Under the pieces are notes generated by a model that was given only the letters and a program-made list of their open reading frames with translations, ran no database searches and was not told where the DNA came from. This document shows, in pieces, positions 17,434-26,502 of a stretch of DNA of 36,480 nt. Each line of letters begins with the position of its first letter. Within the stretch, counting starts at the first letter, position 1. A program made the position numbers and the translations under genes. The stretch is from NCBI GenBank assembly GCA_045653865.1, contig JAZOMJ010000065.1, forward strand, positions 1 to 36,480, in the 5' to 3' direction. Source of the DNA: Eubacteriales bacterium. GTDB lineage: Bacteria; Bacillota; Clostridia; Oscillospirales; CAG-272.

Positions 17434-19191
17434 ATGCTGAAAAAACTTGCAAAATGTGTGCGAGAATACAAAAAAGAAGCGATTTTGACGCTTTTGCTGA
17501 TGGTGGGTGAAGCAATTATCGAAACCCTCATCCCCTTTGTAACCGCCACGTATTTGATTAACAAAATCCAAGAGCAGGGCAAAAATCTGGATATGGGCTA
17601 CATCTTGGCTGTTGGCGGTGTTCTGGTGCTGATGGCGGTGGCATCGCTGACTTGCGGAGGCTTAGCAGGCTTTACGTCGGCACGTGCATCGGCAGGCTTT
17701 TCCAAAAATCTGCGCCACGATATCTTTAACAAGATTCAATCCTTTAGTTTTGGCAACATCGATAAGTTCTCGTCGGCATCTTTGGTAACACGTATTACCA
17801 CCGACGTGCAAAACGTGCAAATGTCCTTTATGATGATCATTCGTACGGCGGTTCGCAGCCCTCTGATGCTGATTTTCTCCATTTTCATGTCGGCATATAT
17901 GGGTGGATGGCTTGCCGCAACCTTTGTGGTTGTCATTCCCGTTCTCGGCGGTGGCTTGTATCTGGTCAGCCTCAAGGCAATGCCCGCATTCAAGCGCGTA
18001 TTCAAAAAATACGACCGACTCAACGAGTCCATCGAAGAAAACGTACGCGGTATGCGTGTTGTTAAGGGATTTTCGCGCGAGGAATACGAAAAAGAGAAGT
18101 TTGCAAATGCGGCAGACTCCATTTGCGAGGACTTTACCCGTGCAGAACGTATTGTAGCGCTCAACACACCCTTGATGAACTTCTGCATGTATTTCAACAT
18201 GGCGGTTGTTCTCCTGCTTGGTTCCTTTATGGCAATCAACGGCATCGGCGGTGTTAAGATCGGTCAAATTTCCGCGCTCTTGACATACGGTGTGCAGATT
18301 TTGATGTCCTTGATGATGCTTTCTATGATTTACGTTATGCTCACTATCTCCGCACAAGCCGCAAAGCGTGTGTGCGAGGTTTTGGATGAGGAACCCGATA
18401 TGCACGACCCCGAAAACCCCGTTACCGAGGTAAAGGACGGCTCTATCGATTTTGAAAACGTAAACTTCAAATATTCGCCACAAGCGCAAAAGTTTGCACT
18501 TTCCGATATCAATTTGCACATTGAGTCGGGTATGACCGTTGGTATCATCGGTGGTACAGGCTCGAGTAAATCCACACTTGTTCAGCTCATTCCGCGTCTG
18601 TATGACGTTACCGAGGGTTCGGTAAAGGTTGGCGGTGTAGACGTGCGCGATTACTCTATGGAAAGCTTGCGCAACAGCGTAGCCGTTGTTTTGCAAAAGA
18701 ACCTTTTGTTTGCAGGCACCATCAAAGAAAATCTGCGTTGGGGTAACCCCAATGCCACCGACGAACAAATTGAAGAAGCTTGCCGTTTGGCGCAAGCAGA
18801 CGAATTTGTGCGTTCCTTCCCTGATGGATACGACAGTATGATTGAGCAGGGCGGCACCAATGTTTCGGGCGGTCAAAAGCAACGTCTTTGCATTGCACGC
18901 GCACTCCTCAAGCAACCCAAAATTCTCATTCTCGACGACTCTACCAGCGCAGTTGATACCAAAACCGATGCGTTTATCCGCAACGGCTTTAAGTCCTACA
19001 TTCCCACAACAACCAAAATCATCATTGCACAACGCATCTCCTCGGTGCAGGATGCCGACCTGATTTTGGTAATGGAAAACGGCAAGATTGCCGATAAGGG
19101 AACCCACGAGGAACTCCTCAAGACCAGCCAAATCTACCGCGAGGTATATGAGCAACAAACCAACGGAGGTGACCAAGATGAACAAGTTTAA
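17434..19191 (+). CDS. Heterodimeric multidrug-type ABC exporter, subunit carrying the degenerate site (TM287/EfrA-like)
   Basis: TMD plus NBD; GGTGSSKST, VSGGQKQR, LDDSTSA (D for catalytic E), QRISS (Q for switch H). Start 17434 or 17410 is uncertain. Confidence 0.92.
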   Translation: MLKKLAKCVREYKKEAILTLLLMVGEAIIETLIPFVTATYLINKIQEQGKNLDMGYILAVGGVLVLMAVASLTCGGLAGFTSARASAGFSKNLRHDIFNKIQSFSFGNIDKFSSASLVTRITTDVQNVQMSFMMIIRTAVRSPLMLIFSIFMSAYMGGWLAATFVVVIPVLGGGLYLVSLKAMPAFKRVFKKYDRLNESIEENVRGMRVVKGFSREEYEKEKFANAADSICEDFTRAERIVALNTPLMNFCMYFNMAVVLLLGSFMAINGIGGVKIGQISALLTYGVQILMSLMMLSMIYVMLTISAQAAKRVCEVLDEEPDMHDPENPVTEVKDGSIDFENVNFKYSPQAQKFALSDINLHIESGMTVGIIGGTGSSKSTLVQLIPRLYDVTEGSVKVGGVDVRDYSMESLRNSVAVVLQKNLLFAGTIKENLRWGNPNATDEQIEEACRLAQADEFVRSFPDGYDSMIEQGGTNVSGGQKQRLCIARALLKQPKILILDDSTSAVDTKTDAFIRNGFKSYIPTTTKIIIAQRISSVQDADLILVMENGKIADKGTHEELLKTSQIYREVYEQQTNGGDQDEQV

Positions 19192-21172
19192 TCCTCCTAA
19201 AAATTTCAAGGGTGCTCCCAACGGCGCTCCCAACGGTGCTCCGCACTCTATGATGCGTCCTCCCAAGCGTAAGCTCAACGTAGGCGTTCTCAAGCGCTTG
19301 CTCAAAATGCTGTTTGGCTTCTATCCTGTTCTTCTCCCCATTTCCATCGTATGTATCATCTTCTGTGCCATTACTTCGGCAATTCCTGCTATCTTCCTCG
19401 AAAAGGTTATCAACGCCATTACGAATGCGTTAAATAACGGCTTGACGTGGGAGGTTGCAAAGCAGGATATCGTACCGCGTGTACTGGTTTTGCTTGGATT
19501 TTATATTGTGTCTATTATTGCCGTTACGCTCGAGACGCAAATGATGGCAGGCATTACCCAAGGCTTTTTGGGCAAAATGCGTAAGGCTCTGTTTGCAAAA
19601 ATGCAAAATTTGCCCATCAAGTATTTTGCCACCAACAAGCACGGCGATATTATGAGCCGTTACACCAACGATATCGATACGCTCCGTCAGCTCATCGGTC
19701 AATCTATCCCGACGCTCATCCGTGCAAGCGTTATCGTTATCAGCGTGTTCTTCATTATGCTGTATTACAGCTTGTATCTCACACTCATCCTCGTTTTGGG
19801 TGTTGTACTGATGATTACCGTAACCAAGTTCTTTGGCGGTAACTCCGCTCGCTTCTTTATGGCTATGCAAAAGGCAGTTGGTAAGGGAGAGGGCTTTGTG
19901 CAAGAAATGATGAGCGGTCAAAAGGTTGTAAAGGTCTTCTGCCACGAAGATGCCAGCCAAAAGGATTTTGACGAAATCAACCAAGAGCTCTTTGAGGTTG
20001 GCTACCGTGCAAACGCGTGCGCCAATATGCTCGGCCCCATCATTATGAACATTGGTAACGTGCTCTACACCATTTTGGCAATGGTTGGTTGCTTGTTCTT
20101 GGTTACCGACATTCCAAACCCCGGCATTCAAAGCCTTGTTAAGGGCGCTGTTGTTGCCATCGATGCAGGTATTATTGTATCCTTCCTTTCTATGGCAAAG
20201 CAGTTTACGGGCAACATCAACCAAGTTTCGCAACAAATCAACTCGGTTGTTATGGCTATGGCAGGTGCCGAGCGCGTATTCACGCTGATGGATTCCGACC
20301 CCGAAGTGGACGACGGCTACGTAACACTTGTAGATGCCGAAATCCTTTCCGACGGAACCATTCGCGAGGTTGACCACCACACCGGTGTGTGGGCTTGGAA
20401 GCATCCTCACAACGATGGCACCATCACCTACACGCAAGTTCGCGGTGACGTTCGTATGACCGACGTGGACTTCTCCTACGAAGAGGGCAAACCTGTTTTG
20501 CACGATATCAGCGTATTTGCCGAGCCCGGCCAAAAGGTTGCCTTTGTTGGCGCAACGGGTGCAGGTAAAACCACCATTACCAACCTTATCAACCGCTTCT
20601 ACGATATTGCCGACGGCAAAATCCGCTATGACGGCATCAATATCAACAAGATTAAAAAATCCGACCTGCGTCGCTCTCTCGGCATCGTTTTGCAGGATAC
20701 CAACCTCTTTACGGGCACGGTTCTTGATAACATTCGCTACGGTAAACTCGATGCTACCGACGAGGAGTGCATCGAAGCCGCAAAGCTTGCGGGCGCGCAC
20801 GATTTCATTACCCGTCTGCCCGAGGGATACAACACCGAATTGGCAAATAATGGCTCCAACCTTTCGCAAGGTCAGCGTCAGCTTATTTCCATTGCACGTG
20901 CCGCTGTTGCCGATCCTCCGGTTATGATTCTCGACGAGGCAACCTCCTCCATCGATACCCGTACCGAGGCAATTGTTCAAAGAGGCATGGATGCCCTGAT
21001 GAAAGGCAGAACGGTATTCGTTATTGCGCACCGTCTTTCCACCGTTCGCAACTCCGACGTGATTATGGTTCTCGACCACGGTCGCATCATCGAGCGCGGC
21101 AACCACGAAAAGCTGATTGCCGATAAGGGTCAATACTATCAGCTCTACATGGGCGCATTTGAACTGGAATAA
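19178..21172 (+). CDS. Heterodimeric ABC exporter, consensus subunit (TM288/EfrB-like)
   Basis: GATGAGKTT, LSQGQRQ, LDEATSS, HRLST; ATG 19178 after GGAGG, overlapping the upstream gene. Confidence 0.92.
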   Translation: MNKFNPPKNFKGAPNGAPNGAPHSMMRPPKRKLNVGVLKRLLKMLFGFYPVLLPISIVCIIFCAITSAIPAIFLEKVINAITNALNNGLTWEVAKQDIVPRVLVLLGFYIVSIIAVTLETQMMAGITQGFLGKMRKALFAKMQNLPIKYFATNKHGDIMSRYTNDIDTLRQLIGQSIPTLIRASVIVISVFFIMLYYSLYLTLILVLGVVLMITVTKFFGGNSARFFMAMQKAVGKGEGFVQEMMSGQKVVKVFCHEDASQKDFDEINQELFEVGYRANACANMLGPIIMNIGNVLYTILAMVGCLFLVTDIPNPGIQSLVKGAVVAIDAGIIVSFLSMAKQFTGNINQVSQQINSVVMAMAGAERVFTLMDSDPEVDDGYVTLVDAEILSDGTIREVDHHTGVWAWKHPHNDGTITYTQVRGDVRMTDVDFSYEEGKPVLHDISVFAEPGQKVAFVGATGAGKTTITNLINRFYDIADGKIRYDGININKIKKSDLRRSLGIVLQDTNLFTGTVLDNIRYGKLDATDEECIEAAKLAGAHDFITRLPEGYNTELANNGSNLSQGQRQLISIARAAVADPPVMILDEATSSIDTRTEAIVQRGMDALMKGRTVFVIAHRLSTVRNSDVIMVLDHGRIIERGNHEKLIADKGQYYQLYMGAFELE

Positions 21173-21191
21173 TCAAAAGGGAAGTGACGGT

Positions 21192-21695
21192 ATGAAAATT
21201 TCTATCGTTTCGAGTGCAGAGCTTCGCAAACAAGCCGCCACAGCGGTTGCGGTTCTCAAGGAGACCCAACGCACGGTGGCAACGGCAGAATCCTGCACAG
21301 GCGGACTGATTGCAAAGAGCATTACCGACATTGCAGGCAGTTCCGCAGTTCTCGCGGGCGGAATGGTGACCTATACCAACCGCATCAAAACCGATGTGCT
21401 GGGTGTAGATGCCGCCATTATCGAACAGCATACCGAGGTCAGTCACGCGTGTGCAAAAGCGATGGCAGAACGTGCAAAAGCGATGTTCGGCACCGACTAT
21501 GCACTCTCGGCAACGGGATATGCAGGACCCGGCGGCGGAACAGAAAAAGACCCTACGGGTACCGTTTATATTGGTATTGCAACGCCCAACGGAACGCGCA
21601 GTGAACGCATTACTGTCGAGAACGCAACACGCACACAAGTGCGAAATGCGGTAGCGCATTATGCACTGCAAATGTTGATGGATGAAATGAAATAA
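21192..21695 (+). CDS. pncC: Stand-alone CinA C-terminal domain protein (NMN deamidase, PncC-like)
   Basis: ATAESCTGG, AGSS, YTNRIK, ATGYAGPGGG, GTVYIG. Confidence 0.85.
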   Translation: MKISIVSSAELRKQAATAVAVLKETQRTVATAESCTGGLIAKSITDIAGSSAVLAGGMVTYTNRIKTDVLGVDAAIIEQHTEVSHACAKAMAERAKAMFGTDYALSATGYAGPGGGTEKDPTGTVYIGIATPNGTRSERITVENATRTQVRNAVAHYALQMLMDEMK

Positions 21696-21700
21696 TTTTT

Positions 21701-21741
21701 TGTGGGGGAACTTTTTGAGAAAAGTTCCCCCACGCCCCTTT
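21701..21741 (+). repeat. Stop-proximal hairpin repeat, copy 3 (after pncC)
   Basis: GTGGGGGAACTTTT-TGAG-AAAAGTTCCCCCAC followed by GCCCCTTT; 5-6 nt after TAA. Confidence 0.8.
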
Positions 21742-21831
21742 ATATCAAATTGCTACAAAACTTAATGAAATTTGGGTTGTCTTATTCGCGTGGCTTTTGT
21801 TCTGCGCTAAGTGAGACAGCCCCTTCGTTTT

Positions 21832-22869
21832 TTATTTCATCAATCTTTTTTTATCGCGTTCTATTTCAATGATGGCGGCATCATCGTCGCAATATCCCCA
21901 TTCGTCCTTGCAGCAGGTAATCATTCTGTCATAGGTTTGGGTCGCTTTTTCGGTATCGCCTAAAATTTCGTAGATGATGGCAATGCCGTGCAAAGCATCG
22001 GTAAAGCGCGGCTTTTTCTCCATTTCCCAAGCGCGCTCATAGCATTCAATGGCTTCTTTGTATTCGCATTTGCGTGCGTGGTACTGCGCGTATTCAAAAA
22101 CAAAGTCACAGTTTGTGCCAAATTGCTTTTCGGCATCTGCCATAATGGCATCGGCTTTTGCAACCTCAAACTCTGCCAAGGCAAAAGCCGCCTCATAAAC
22201 GGGCACCAATGCCGGCTTGTGGGCAGGGAGCGTTTTGTAGATTTCAAAATACTCTCGCGCCTCTTTTGTGCGGTGCTCGGCAATGAGATTGTCCATCACC
22301 TCGTAATAGGGAAGCGGCGTTTTTGGAGTGACGTTATCATTTTCGATCACACGTTTGTAAAAATCAATAACGGTTGAGCGGTTGTTAATGTTCCAATCCC
22401 AAGTCACCGCGCCCTCGGCTTTTTGCAAGAGCCATTGACATTCCTTGATTTCGGGAGCGAGCATAATCGCCTCGCGTGCGTATTTGCTGACTTTGCGAGA
22501 GTCGGAGAGGATGCGATGGTGATAGAGATGCGCGAGCAAACTCAACACCTTTCGTCTGTCGGTGTGCTCGTCGAGTTGGTTTTTCAAAAAGCTTTCATAC
22601 TCATAAAAGATATCGTTTGCGAATTCCTCTTCAATATCCAAGCGTTTTTCAATGCGAGAGAGCTTTTGGTCGACGGTGAGGTCGAATAGCTCGTCAATGG
22701 TTACGCCAAGCGCGGTAGCCAAGGCTGGCAAAAGAGAAATATCGGGCATCGTGGTGGCGGTTTCCCATTTCGAAACCGACTGCGCGCTAATGCTGAGCGC
22801 GCCTGCAAGTTGCTCTTGGGTGAGTCCTGCTTTGTAGCGGAGTTGTTTGATTTTGTTTCCAATTTCCAT
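21832..22869 (-). CDS. XRE-family HTH regulator with C-terminal TPR-like helical repeats
   Basis: IGNKIKQLR..GLTQEQLA..ISAQSVSKWE..PDISLLP..LGVTIDELF; TPR-like YKEAIECYERAWE and DALHGIAIIYEILGDTEKA; minus-strand promoter TTGATT(22942-22937)-17-TATAAT(22919-22914). Confidence 0.85.
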   Translation of the reverse strand: MEIGNKIKQLRYKAGLTQEQLAGALSISAQSVSKWETATTMPDISLLPALATALGVTIDELFDLTVDQKLSRIEKRLDIEEEFANDIFYEYESFLKNQLDEHTDRRKVLSLLAHLYHHRILSDSRKVSKYAREAIMLAPEIKECQWLLQKAEGAVTWDWNINNRSTVIDFYKRVIENDNVTPKTPLPYYEVMDNLIAEHRTKEAREYFEIYKTLPAHKPALVPVYEAAFALAEFEVAKADAIMADAEKQFGTNCDFVFEYAQYHARKCEYKEAIECYERAWEMEKKPRFTDALHGIAIIYEILGDTEKATQTYDRMITCCKDEWGYCDDDAAIIEIERDKKRLMK

Positions 22870-23023
22870 AGTGAATACCTCTTTTTTGTAAAACTCAAGG
22901 CCTTTGTGCTTTTATTATAGCACCAAACAAACAGAAAATCAACAACGCATTTTTAGAGTCAACTCGCAAAATAGGCGAGAAGAACGAACGAGTCCATTTT
23001 ATATATTTTTGTGCAAGAGTTCT

Positions 23024-23068
23024 TGAAAGGGGTGTGGGGGAAACTTCTTGCAAGAAGTTTTCCCCACA
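23024..23068 (-). repeat. Stop-proximal hairpin repeat, copy 4 (after aspartokinase)
   Basis: Minus strand TGTGGGGAAAACTTCTTGCAAGAAGTTTCCCCCACA then CCCCTTTCAAGAACTCTTGCAC; 14 nt after TAA; near-identical to copy 2 including the tail. Confidence 0.85.
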
Positions 23069-23082
23069 AACGCGTCCTATTT

Positions 23083-24405
23083 TTACTTCACAAATTCATT
23101 ATAAATAGCGGTCAACGCCTTTTCGAGGTCGTGTTCTTCCACGCCGATGATGATGTTGAGCTCGCTCGAGCCCTGGTCGATCATGCGGATGTTGATGCCT
23201 GCGTTGGAGATTGCCATAAACACGCGAGCAGCGGTACCTTTGGCTTTTACCATACCGCGACCAACAACTGCGAGGAGCGCAAGACCGTCCTCGATAACGA
23301 TGCTATCGGGATGCACACGCTTGTTAATGGAGGAGAGAATACGCTCACGCTTAAACTCATCCTTAATGCAAGCGGTCGAAACAACAATGCTCATGGTATC
23401 AACACCGGAGGGCAGATGCTCAAAGGAAACGTCATTGTCTTCAAGTACGTCCAGCACACGGCGGCCAAAGCCGATTTCGGAGTTCATCATATCCTTTTCG
23501 ATGTTGATAACCGAAAATCCGCGTCTGCCTGCAATACCGGTAATGATGTGTTCGCCATCATATTCCGAGGTGGCGGAAACAATCATAGTGCCGGGAGCGG
23601 AGGGCTCGTTGGTGTTGCGGATGTTGATCGGAATACCTGCATAGCGAACAGGGAAGATAGCATCCTCGTGCAAAACAGATGCGCCCATATAGGAGAGCTC
23701 GCGGAGCTCACGGTAGGTGATGGTCTTAATGGGCAGGGGATCGTCAACAATACGGGGGTCAGCCATCAGGCAACCCGAAACGTCTGTCCAGTTCTCATAG
23801 AGCTCTGCTTCAGCGGCACGCGCAACGATAGAGCCGGTAATATCCGAACCACCGCGACTAAAGGTTTTAATGGTGCCGTTGGGCATAACGCCATAGAAGC
23901 CGGGAATAACGGCATATTGATGCTTTTTGAGTTCCTCGCGCATCACAGCATTGGTCTTTTCTTCATCGAATGTGCCGTTTTCGCGGAAGTAGATAACCGA
24001 CTCGGCATCGATGAAATCAAACTTGAGGTATTTTGCAAGAATAAGGGAGTTGAGATACTCACCGCGGCTTGCGGCAAAATCCTGACCGGAGTAATGCTCA
24101 ATAGCGTTGCGGATGTAGTTCAACTCTCCGGAAATATCAAAGTCAATACCAAGGTCTTCGATAATGGAGTTATAACGCTCGCAAATCTTCTCGTAGTATT
24201 CACCAATGTTTTTGCCTTGGCGTACAAGCTCATAGCAATGGTAGAGCATATCGGTTACTTTGGTGTCCTCTTTAAATCTCTTGCCGGGGGCAGAGGCAAC
24301 CACATAGCGGCGCGCAGGGTCAGCCGCAACAATTGCGGCAACACGGCGGAACTGGTTGGCATCTGCCAAGGAAGAACCACCGAATTTAACAACTTTCATT
24401 TCCAT
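23083..24405 (-). CDS. lysC: Aspartate kinase (amino acid kinase domain plus two ACT domains; YclM/LysC-like)
   Basis: VVKFGGSSLA, VASAPG, SRGE, TFSRGGSDITG, WTDVSG, ADPRIV, ELSYMGASVLH; promoter TTGACA(24496-24491)-17-TATAAT(24473-24468). Confidence 0.92.
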   Translation of the reverse strand: MEMKVVKFGGSSLADANQFRRVAAIVAADPARRYVVASAPGKRFKEDTKVTDMLYHCYELVRQGKNIGEYYEKICERYNSIIEDLGIDFDISGELNYIRNAIEHYSGQDFAASRGEYLNSLILAKYLKFDFIDAESVIYFRENGTFDEEKTNAVMREELKKHQYAVIPGFYGVMPNGTIKTFSRGGSDITGSIVARAAEAELYENWTDVSGCLMADPRIVDDPLPIKTITYRELRELSYMGASVLHEDAIFPVRYAGIPINIRNTNEPSAPGTMIVSATSEYDGEHIITGIAGRRGFSVINIEKDMMNSEIGFGRRVLDVLEDNDVSFEHLPSGVDTMSIVVSTACIKDEFKRERILSSINKRVHPDSIVIEDGLALLAVVGRGMVKAKGTAARVFMAISNAGINIRMIDQGSSELNIIIGVEEHDLEKALTAIYNEFVK

Positions 24406-24537
24406 AGTTTGGGTTCCTTTCGTCTCACCGAGATTGTGAGATGGAGTCGAATTTCATTACTTACTATATTATACGAGAAAGTATGGCATTTGTCAAGAAG
24501 AAAAATGACAAAACCCGACGGAATTATCACAAAATAC

Positions 24538-24566
24538 TTGACAAATATTCTTTGTAGTGATATAAT
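24538..24566 (+). promoter_or_regulatory. Consensus sigmaA promoter for the T-box leader
   Basis: TTGACA, 17 nt, TG-a-TATAAT. Confidence 0.85.
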
Positions 24567-24581
24567 AATCAGTAATAATAT

Positions 24582-24831
24582 AAAGACATTGACCGAAAAC
24601 AAGTAGAAAGCCTTTGCGTGCACAGAGAGCTGTCGGGTGGTGCAAGACAGTGACGGGGGGCTTTTGAATACAGTTCGCGAGTTTCGTACCGATGCCAAAT
24701 GGAGGTAGGCTACGACGGGCAGCCCGTTACAGCGCGCAAAGTGGTTAGACTGCAAGGCAGTCAACAACAGAGGTGGTACCGCGGTATTTTCTCCGTCCTC
24801 TGCGCACGTCGCAGAGGGCGGTTTTTGTTTT
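24582..24831 (+). ncRNA. T-box riboswitch (transcriptional), probable Tyr (UAC) specifier
   Basis: GA motif, AGTA, AGAGAG and GGTGCAA stem I motifs; GAA-TAC-A at 24666-24672; CCGTTA (stem IIA/B); stem III GACTGC/GCAGTC; AGAGGTGGTACCGCG T-box (24769-24783); terminator CCGTCCTCTGCG/CGCAGAGGGCGG plus T run. Confidence 0.93.
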
Positions 24832-24852
24832 TTGTCGAAAAAGGAGAACAAC

Positions 24853-26487
24853 ATGACAATTATTGATTTGTTAAACCAAAATGCATCGCTTTACGAGGAT
24901 GAAACAGCACTTGTTGAAATCAACCCTTGCTTTGAGCCCGAAAGCCGCTTGACCTGGAAGGATTATTCCTTGATGCAACCCGAGCCCGGCAAGCCGTTCC
25001 GCCGCTCCTTAACTTGGGGCGAGTTCAATGCCAAGGCAAACCGTTTTGCAAACCTGCTTCTCACACGCGGATGCCGCCGTGGCGATAAGGTTGCCATTCT
25101 TTTGATGAACTCCATCGAGTGGTTGCCCATCTATTTCGGTATTCTCAAGGCAGGTGCCATTGTTGTGCCGCTCAACTACCGTTATGTGGCAGATGAAATC
25201 AAATATTGTCTGGAAAAGGCAGATTGCTCTATGCTTGTTTTCGGCCCCGAGTTTGTTGGCCGTATGGAGCAGATTTGCGACCGCTTGCCCGATGTAAAGC
25301 ATATGTTCTACGTTGGCGAGGATTGCCCCTCCTTTGCCGACAGCTACGATAAAATGATTGGCTACTGTGATGCACATGCACCCGAGATGCAAATTGAGGA
25401 GAGCGACGATGCCGCTATTTACTTCTCTTCGGGCACCACAGGCTTCCCCAAGGCGATTTTGCACGCACACCGCAGTCTCATTCACGCGGCACGCGTTGAG
25501 CACAACCACCACGGTCAAACCCACAACGACGTATTCCTCTGCATCCCGCCCCTTTATCACACGGGCGCAAAAATGCATTGGTTCGGCTCTTTGATGAGCG
25601 GTAGCAAGGCGGTTCTTCTCAAGGGAACACGCCCCGAGTGGATTTTCAAGGCCGCATCCGACGAGCGTTGCTCCATTGTTTGGTTGCTCGTTCCGTGGGC
25701 GCAGGATATGCTCGATGCCATCGATCGCGGTGACGTTAATCTCGAGGATTATGACCTCGATGCTTGGAGACTGATGCACATCGGTGCACAACCCGTTCCT
25801 CCCTCTCTCATTCGTCGCTGGCTCAAGATTTTCCCCAAGCACCAATATGACACCAACTACGGTCTTTCCGAGTCTATCGGCCCCGGTTGCGTACACCTTG
25901 GCGTGGAGAACGTCGAAAAGGTTGGCGCCATCGGCAAGGCGGGCTACGGCTGGCAGGTTTGCATCATCGACGAACATGGAAACGTGGTTCCTCGCGGCGA
26001 GGTTGGTGAGCTTTGCGTCAAGGGCCCCGGTGTGATGAAGTGCTACTACAAAGACAAAGACGCCACCGACGAAATTTTGCACGGTGAATGGCTCCTCACC
26101 GGAGACATGGCAATGGAAGACGCGGACGGCTTTATTTTCCTCGTTGACCGCAAAAAAGACGTTATTATCACGGGTGGTGAAAACATCTATCCCGTACAAA
26201 TAGAAGATTTTATCCGCAAGCACGACGCTGTTAAGGACGTAGCCGTTATCGGCTTGCCCGAGCCCCGTCTTGGCGAAATCGCCGCTGCCATCGTAGAACT
26301 CAAAGAGGGTTATACGATGACACAAGAGGAATTGGAACGCTTCTGCGCACCTCTCCCTCGTTACAAGCGTCCTCGTCGCATCATTTTTGCCGAGGTTCCG
26401 CGCAATCCTACGGGTAAAATCGAAAAGCCGAAGCTTCGCAGCATTTATTGTGGCGAGAGTCTTGTGGCACAGCAGATTGAAGGCTGA
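24853..26487 (+). CDS. Class I adenylate-forming acyl-CoA synthetase, substrate unknown
   Basis: YFSSGTTGFPK, PPLYHTG, YGLSE, TGD, DRKKDVIITGGENIYP, PRNPTGKI; ATG 24853 after AAGGAG. Confidence 0.92.
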   Translation: MTIIDLLNQNASLYEDETALVEINPCFEPESRLTWKDYSLMQPEPGKPFRRSLTWGEFNAKANRFANLLLTRGCRRGDKVAILLMNSIEWLPIYFGILKAGAIVVPLNYRYVADEIKYCLEKADCSMLVFGPEFVGRMEQICDRLPDVKHMFYVGEDCPSFADSYDKMIGYCDAHAPEMQIEESDDAAIYFSSGTTGFPKAILHAHRSLIHAARVEHNHHGQTHNDVFLCIPPLYHTGAKMHWFGSLMSGSKAVLLKGTRPEWIFKAASDERCSIVWLLVPWAQDMLDAIDRGDVNLEDYDLDAWRLMHIGAQPVPPSLIRRWLKIFPKHQYDTNYGLSESIGPGCVHLGVENVEKVGAIGKAGYGWQVCIIDEHGNVVPRGEVGELCVKGPGVMKCYYKDKDATDEILHGEWLLTGDMAMEDADGFIFLVDRKKDVIITGGENIYPVQIEDFIRKHDAVKDVAVIGLPEPRLGEIAAAIVELKEGYTMTQEELERFCAPLPRYKRPRRIIFAEVPRNPTGKIEKPKLRSIYCGESLVAQQIEG

Positions 26488-26502
26488 AAAAGGAGAACCG
26501 TT

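Noticed and set aside
21812-21823. TGAGACAGCCCC, resembling one arm of a terminator or IS-associated inverted repeat
   Set aside because: No matching arm found nearby; 12 nt is too little to call.
21765-21872. 35-aa ORF (MKFGLSYSRG...) as a possible peptide signal for the HTH-TPR regulator
   Set aside because: No RBS, no signal-peptide-like N-terminal hydrophobic core, and it overlaps the regulator's 3' end in antisense.
24406-24465. Possible lysine riboswitch or attenuator before the aspartokinase gene
   Set aside because: The leader is only ~55 nt from the consensus promoter and has just a 6-bp hairpin (TCTCAC/GTGAGA) next to the RBS.
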